The notes under the pieces: generated by a model
Seen by the model: the letters and a program-made list of their open reading frames with translations, nothing else
What the model was told of the DNA's origin: nothing
Database searches by the model: none
Shown: one piece after another, positions 61,611 through 64,000 of the stretch
How the letters are laid out: the number at the start of each line of letters is the position of its first letter
Numbering within the stretch: position 1 is the stretch's first letter
Made by a program: the position numbers and the translations under genes
Source of the DNA: Promethearchaeota archaeon
GTDB taxonomy: Archaea; Asgardarchaeota; Lokiarchaeia; Sigyniarchaeales; SOKP01
Assembly (NCBI GenBank): GCA_019058365.1
Contig: JAHPZE010000014.1
Coordinates: 1 to 64,000, forward strand
Direction of reading: 5' to 3'
Length of the DNA stretch: 64,000 bases

Positions 61611-63257
61611 TTAGATTTTTTTTATCTCTGGAATCAGGAGTATAAAATTACTGCCTTTTGAATAATCCCCTTTAATTCTATCCTCAACCCATATTTTTCC
61701 ATTATAACTCATAATGACTTTTTTCACAAGAGATAACCCTAAACCAATCCCTTTGAAATTGTGGTCTCTAATAGTTTCTCTTTGAAAGATTTTTTCTTTC
61801 CAAGTATCAATAATTCCTACACCATTATCTTTGAATTCCATTTTAATGTAATCAGCATCTGATTTGTGGTCTCTCGTTATCTTAATATTAATTTCTGAAA
61901 TTAAGCTTGAGGAATGTCTTATAGCATTAATAAGTATATTCTCAAAAACATCCCTAATGAACTCATTTGCTTGAACGTATATTTGCTTACTAAATGAGTC
62001 GATTCTGATGTTTATTTCTTTATTTTTAAAAGTTAATTTAATATAATTCACTACATCATCTAAAATATTATAGATCTCAATTTGATTAAGAGATTTTTCA
62101 TCAGTATCAATCTGAGAAATCTTACGAATATTAGAAACTAGTTTTCTTCCCCTAATAATCTGAGTTTCAATAAGATTCAAATAAGATCTTACCTCATTCG
62201 GATTATCAAGTATCATATTACAAAGTTCCATCCCTGATAGTAAATTCTGTAAAATGTTATTTATATCATGAGTAAAAAGATCCTTGTAGAAATCTACCCT
62301 CTGATAAGCTTTTCGATAATCATTTTCTGATTCTTTTAATTCAGCGGTTCTTATATTTACCTTTTGCTTTAAAATAAAACTTATAAAAATAAATATTAAG
62401 ACAAGACCAGCTGAGCTTAGAATTACAGGTAATACCCATTCTGGGATAATTATCAAACTTTCTTGTTTCCCAAAGAAATATTTACTTAATAATTCATAAT
62501 AGATAGATCCTGAATCTCTTTTTAAAAGAACTAAATGGGCATCAATCCTTTCAATTAAGTATTGACTTATACTTGAATTTTTAGGAAAGGCAAACTTTAG
62601 GCTGCACGGATTAAATATTATTGAAGTTTTATAGATATCATAATCATCTGAATATAAAATTCCAAATAATCTATTGACCACTCCTGCATCAGCACTACCA
62701 GCATCTAAAGCCTCAAAAACATTTTGATAATTAGCATATTCTACAAATGTACAGTTGATATTAAACCTCTTAGTAAGGTTCATTATCCCTTCTGAACCGA
62801 TAGTATGAATACTTCCAGACATAACTGCTATTGTTTTATTATGTAAATCAAAAAGTGATTCAATATTAGATCCTTCTTTTATATACACAACACCCCAATT
62901 TGTGAAAACTTCTTCTTGGTTAAAATCATAAATCTCTGCTCTTTCATTTGAGAAGGCAACATCGACCATAACATCTAATTCATTATTTTCTAATCGATCT
63001 AAACATTGAGTCCAGTTACCATCTACATATTCCAGTTCCCATCCTTCTTGTGTCGCTATATATTCTAAAAGATCGGGAAATAGCCCGATATGGTTTTTAT
63101 TTTCATCTGTGTATACTTTAGGAGGGTTTTCATATGATCCTACGCGAATATGCATAGGGTCTCCAATAGATTTTTGAAAAAAAAGAGATATGAAAATTAT
63201 TGAGATTGAACTTATGGAGAGGACAAACAGAAGAAAAATATTCCATTTTTTTAGTAT
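61611..63257 (-). CDS. Sensor histidine kinase with extracellular family-3 solute-binding domain; probable non-AUG start (ATA 63257) adds a signal/TM helix
   Basis: SBP3-like motifs; FTHDINN H-box; NILINA, DNGVG, GIGLGL; in-frame hydrophobic segment upstream of ATG 63155. Confidence 0.82.
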   Translation of the reverse strand: MLKKWNIFLLFVLSISSISIIFISLFFQKSIGDPMHIRVGSYENPPKVYTDENKNHIGLFPDLLEYIATQEGWELEYVDGNWTQCLDRLENNELDVMVDVAFSNERAEIYDFNQEEVFTNWGVVYIKEGSNIESLFDLHNKTIAVMSGSIHTIGSEGIMNLTKRFNINCTFVEYANYQNVFEALDAGSADAGVVNRLFGILYSDDYDIYKTSIIFNPCSLKFAFPKNSSISQYLIERIDAHLVLLKRDSGSIYYELLSKYFFGKQESLIIIPEWVLPVILSSAGLVLIFIFISFILKQKVNIRTAELKESENDYRKAYQRVDFYKDLFTHDINNILQNLLSGMELCNMILDNPNEVRSYLNLIETQIIRGRKLVSNIRKISQIDTDEKSLNQIEIYNILDDVVNYIKLTFKNKEINIRIDSFSKQIYVQANEFIRDVFENILINAIRHSSSLISEINIKITRDHKSDADYIKMEFKDNGVGIIDTWKEKIFQRETIRDHNFKGIGLGLSLVKKVIMSYNGKIWVEDRIKGDYSKGSNFILLIPEIKKI

Positions 63258-63581
63258 AATATTCCCCTCTCTTAAAATTCTTTATGTTTTAAATGAGCGC
63301 TCATAGACTTGAACATTATACAAAAATAATAGAAAAAGTTCCTTAATTTAAATGTTTTCATTACGAGAAATTAAAGGATTTAAAGATCTATAACAAAAAT
63401 AGATTCAAAGGAGAGTGAATAAAAAAAATTATCGAGAAAGTATAAGTATTAGTGGAAATTTTAGGAAAAGTATGTGAAAAAAAGAGTATTAAAATTAGAA
63501 AGGATTCGAGTATTTTTGTATTTAATATTTTTTAAGATGATTTAATTTAATTAAATGATTATTAGTAATTAATATATAAAG

Positions 63582-63685
63582 AGCCCAGTGGTCTAGTTGG
63601 ATAGGGCGCTGGCTTGCGGAGCCAGATATCGGGGGTTCAAACTATTATAAAATTCTTATTAAAGGAAAAAATCCCCCCTGGGCTA
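63582..63685 (+). tRNA. tRNA-Arg(GCG) with a 30-nt intron in the T-loop (about 63641-63670, position 58/59)
   Basis: Acceptor AGCCCAG/CTGGGCT, anticodon arm CTGGC-TTGCGGA-GCCAG; the T arm GGGGG-TTCAA|AT-CCCCC forms only after removing the insert. Confidence 0.88.
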
Positions 63686-63722
63686 CTAATCTTCAAATTC
63701 TTTGTTTACTAATGAATACATT

Positions 63723-64000
63723 CTATTCTATCAAATCTAAGATTTCTGAAATATTTCTGATCTTTCTTAGATTTGATGCATCAATTTCCCTTTCAAAGGG
63801 GAATTTATATTTTCTTTCAAATAATATTGATGGTAAGTTGGCTCTTTGAGCACCAATGATATCCGCATATTCATCTCCACACACAATAACCGTATTAGGT
63901 TGATCTTCCAATCCCATCTTCCTGAGTGCATAATGGAAGATATCTGGGTCGGGCTTTCTCTTTCCATATTTGGCAGATGTGATTACAACGTCAAAATATT
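63723..64000 (-). CDS. HAD-family hydrolase, 5' end outside the window
   Basis: YFDVVITSAKYGKRKPDPDIF...CGDEYADIIGA. Confidence 0.85.
   Translation of the reverse strand, partial: YFDVVITSAKYGKRKPDPDIFHYALRKMGLEDQPNTVIVCGDEYADIIGAQRANLPSILFERKYKFPFEREIDASNLRKIRNISEILDLIE

Overview
Very AT-rich archaeal DNA whose gene content points to an Asgard archaeon of the Lokiarchaeia type (inferred from an HMf-type histone, proteasome beta, rpS8e, SRP19, archaeal GluRS, Ftr, longin-fused Arf-like and Rag-like GTPases, DENN/longin-like proteins and giant NosD-type beta-helix proteins). About 50 protein-coding genes and two tRNA genes are visible. I saw no rRNA, CRISPR array or transposase. The most striking signal is a 32-nt insertion (20661-20692) that breaks an otherwise intact FAD-linked (GlcD-like) oxidoreductase gene. 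It folds into a canonical bulge-helix-bulge (BHB) motif, and the standard archaeal splicing-endonuclease cut sites restore the reading frame exactly, so it is a candidate tRNA-type intron in an mRNA. Both tRNAs (Pro-GGG, Arg-GCG) also carry about 30-nt BHB-type introns at non-canonical positions (27/28 and 58/59). Other highlights are a 2206-aa beta-helix/TM/TIR receptor with Toll-like-receptor-style architecture, a DENN-like/PAS-GAF sensor facing a small-GTPase pair, a legumain/GPI8-like peptidase with an inserted domain, a 1489-aa prenyltransferase-like/PCI-like membrane protein, probable non-AUG starts, and a GNAT gene split at an A7 run. All product calls come from motif recognition by eye; no database search was run.
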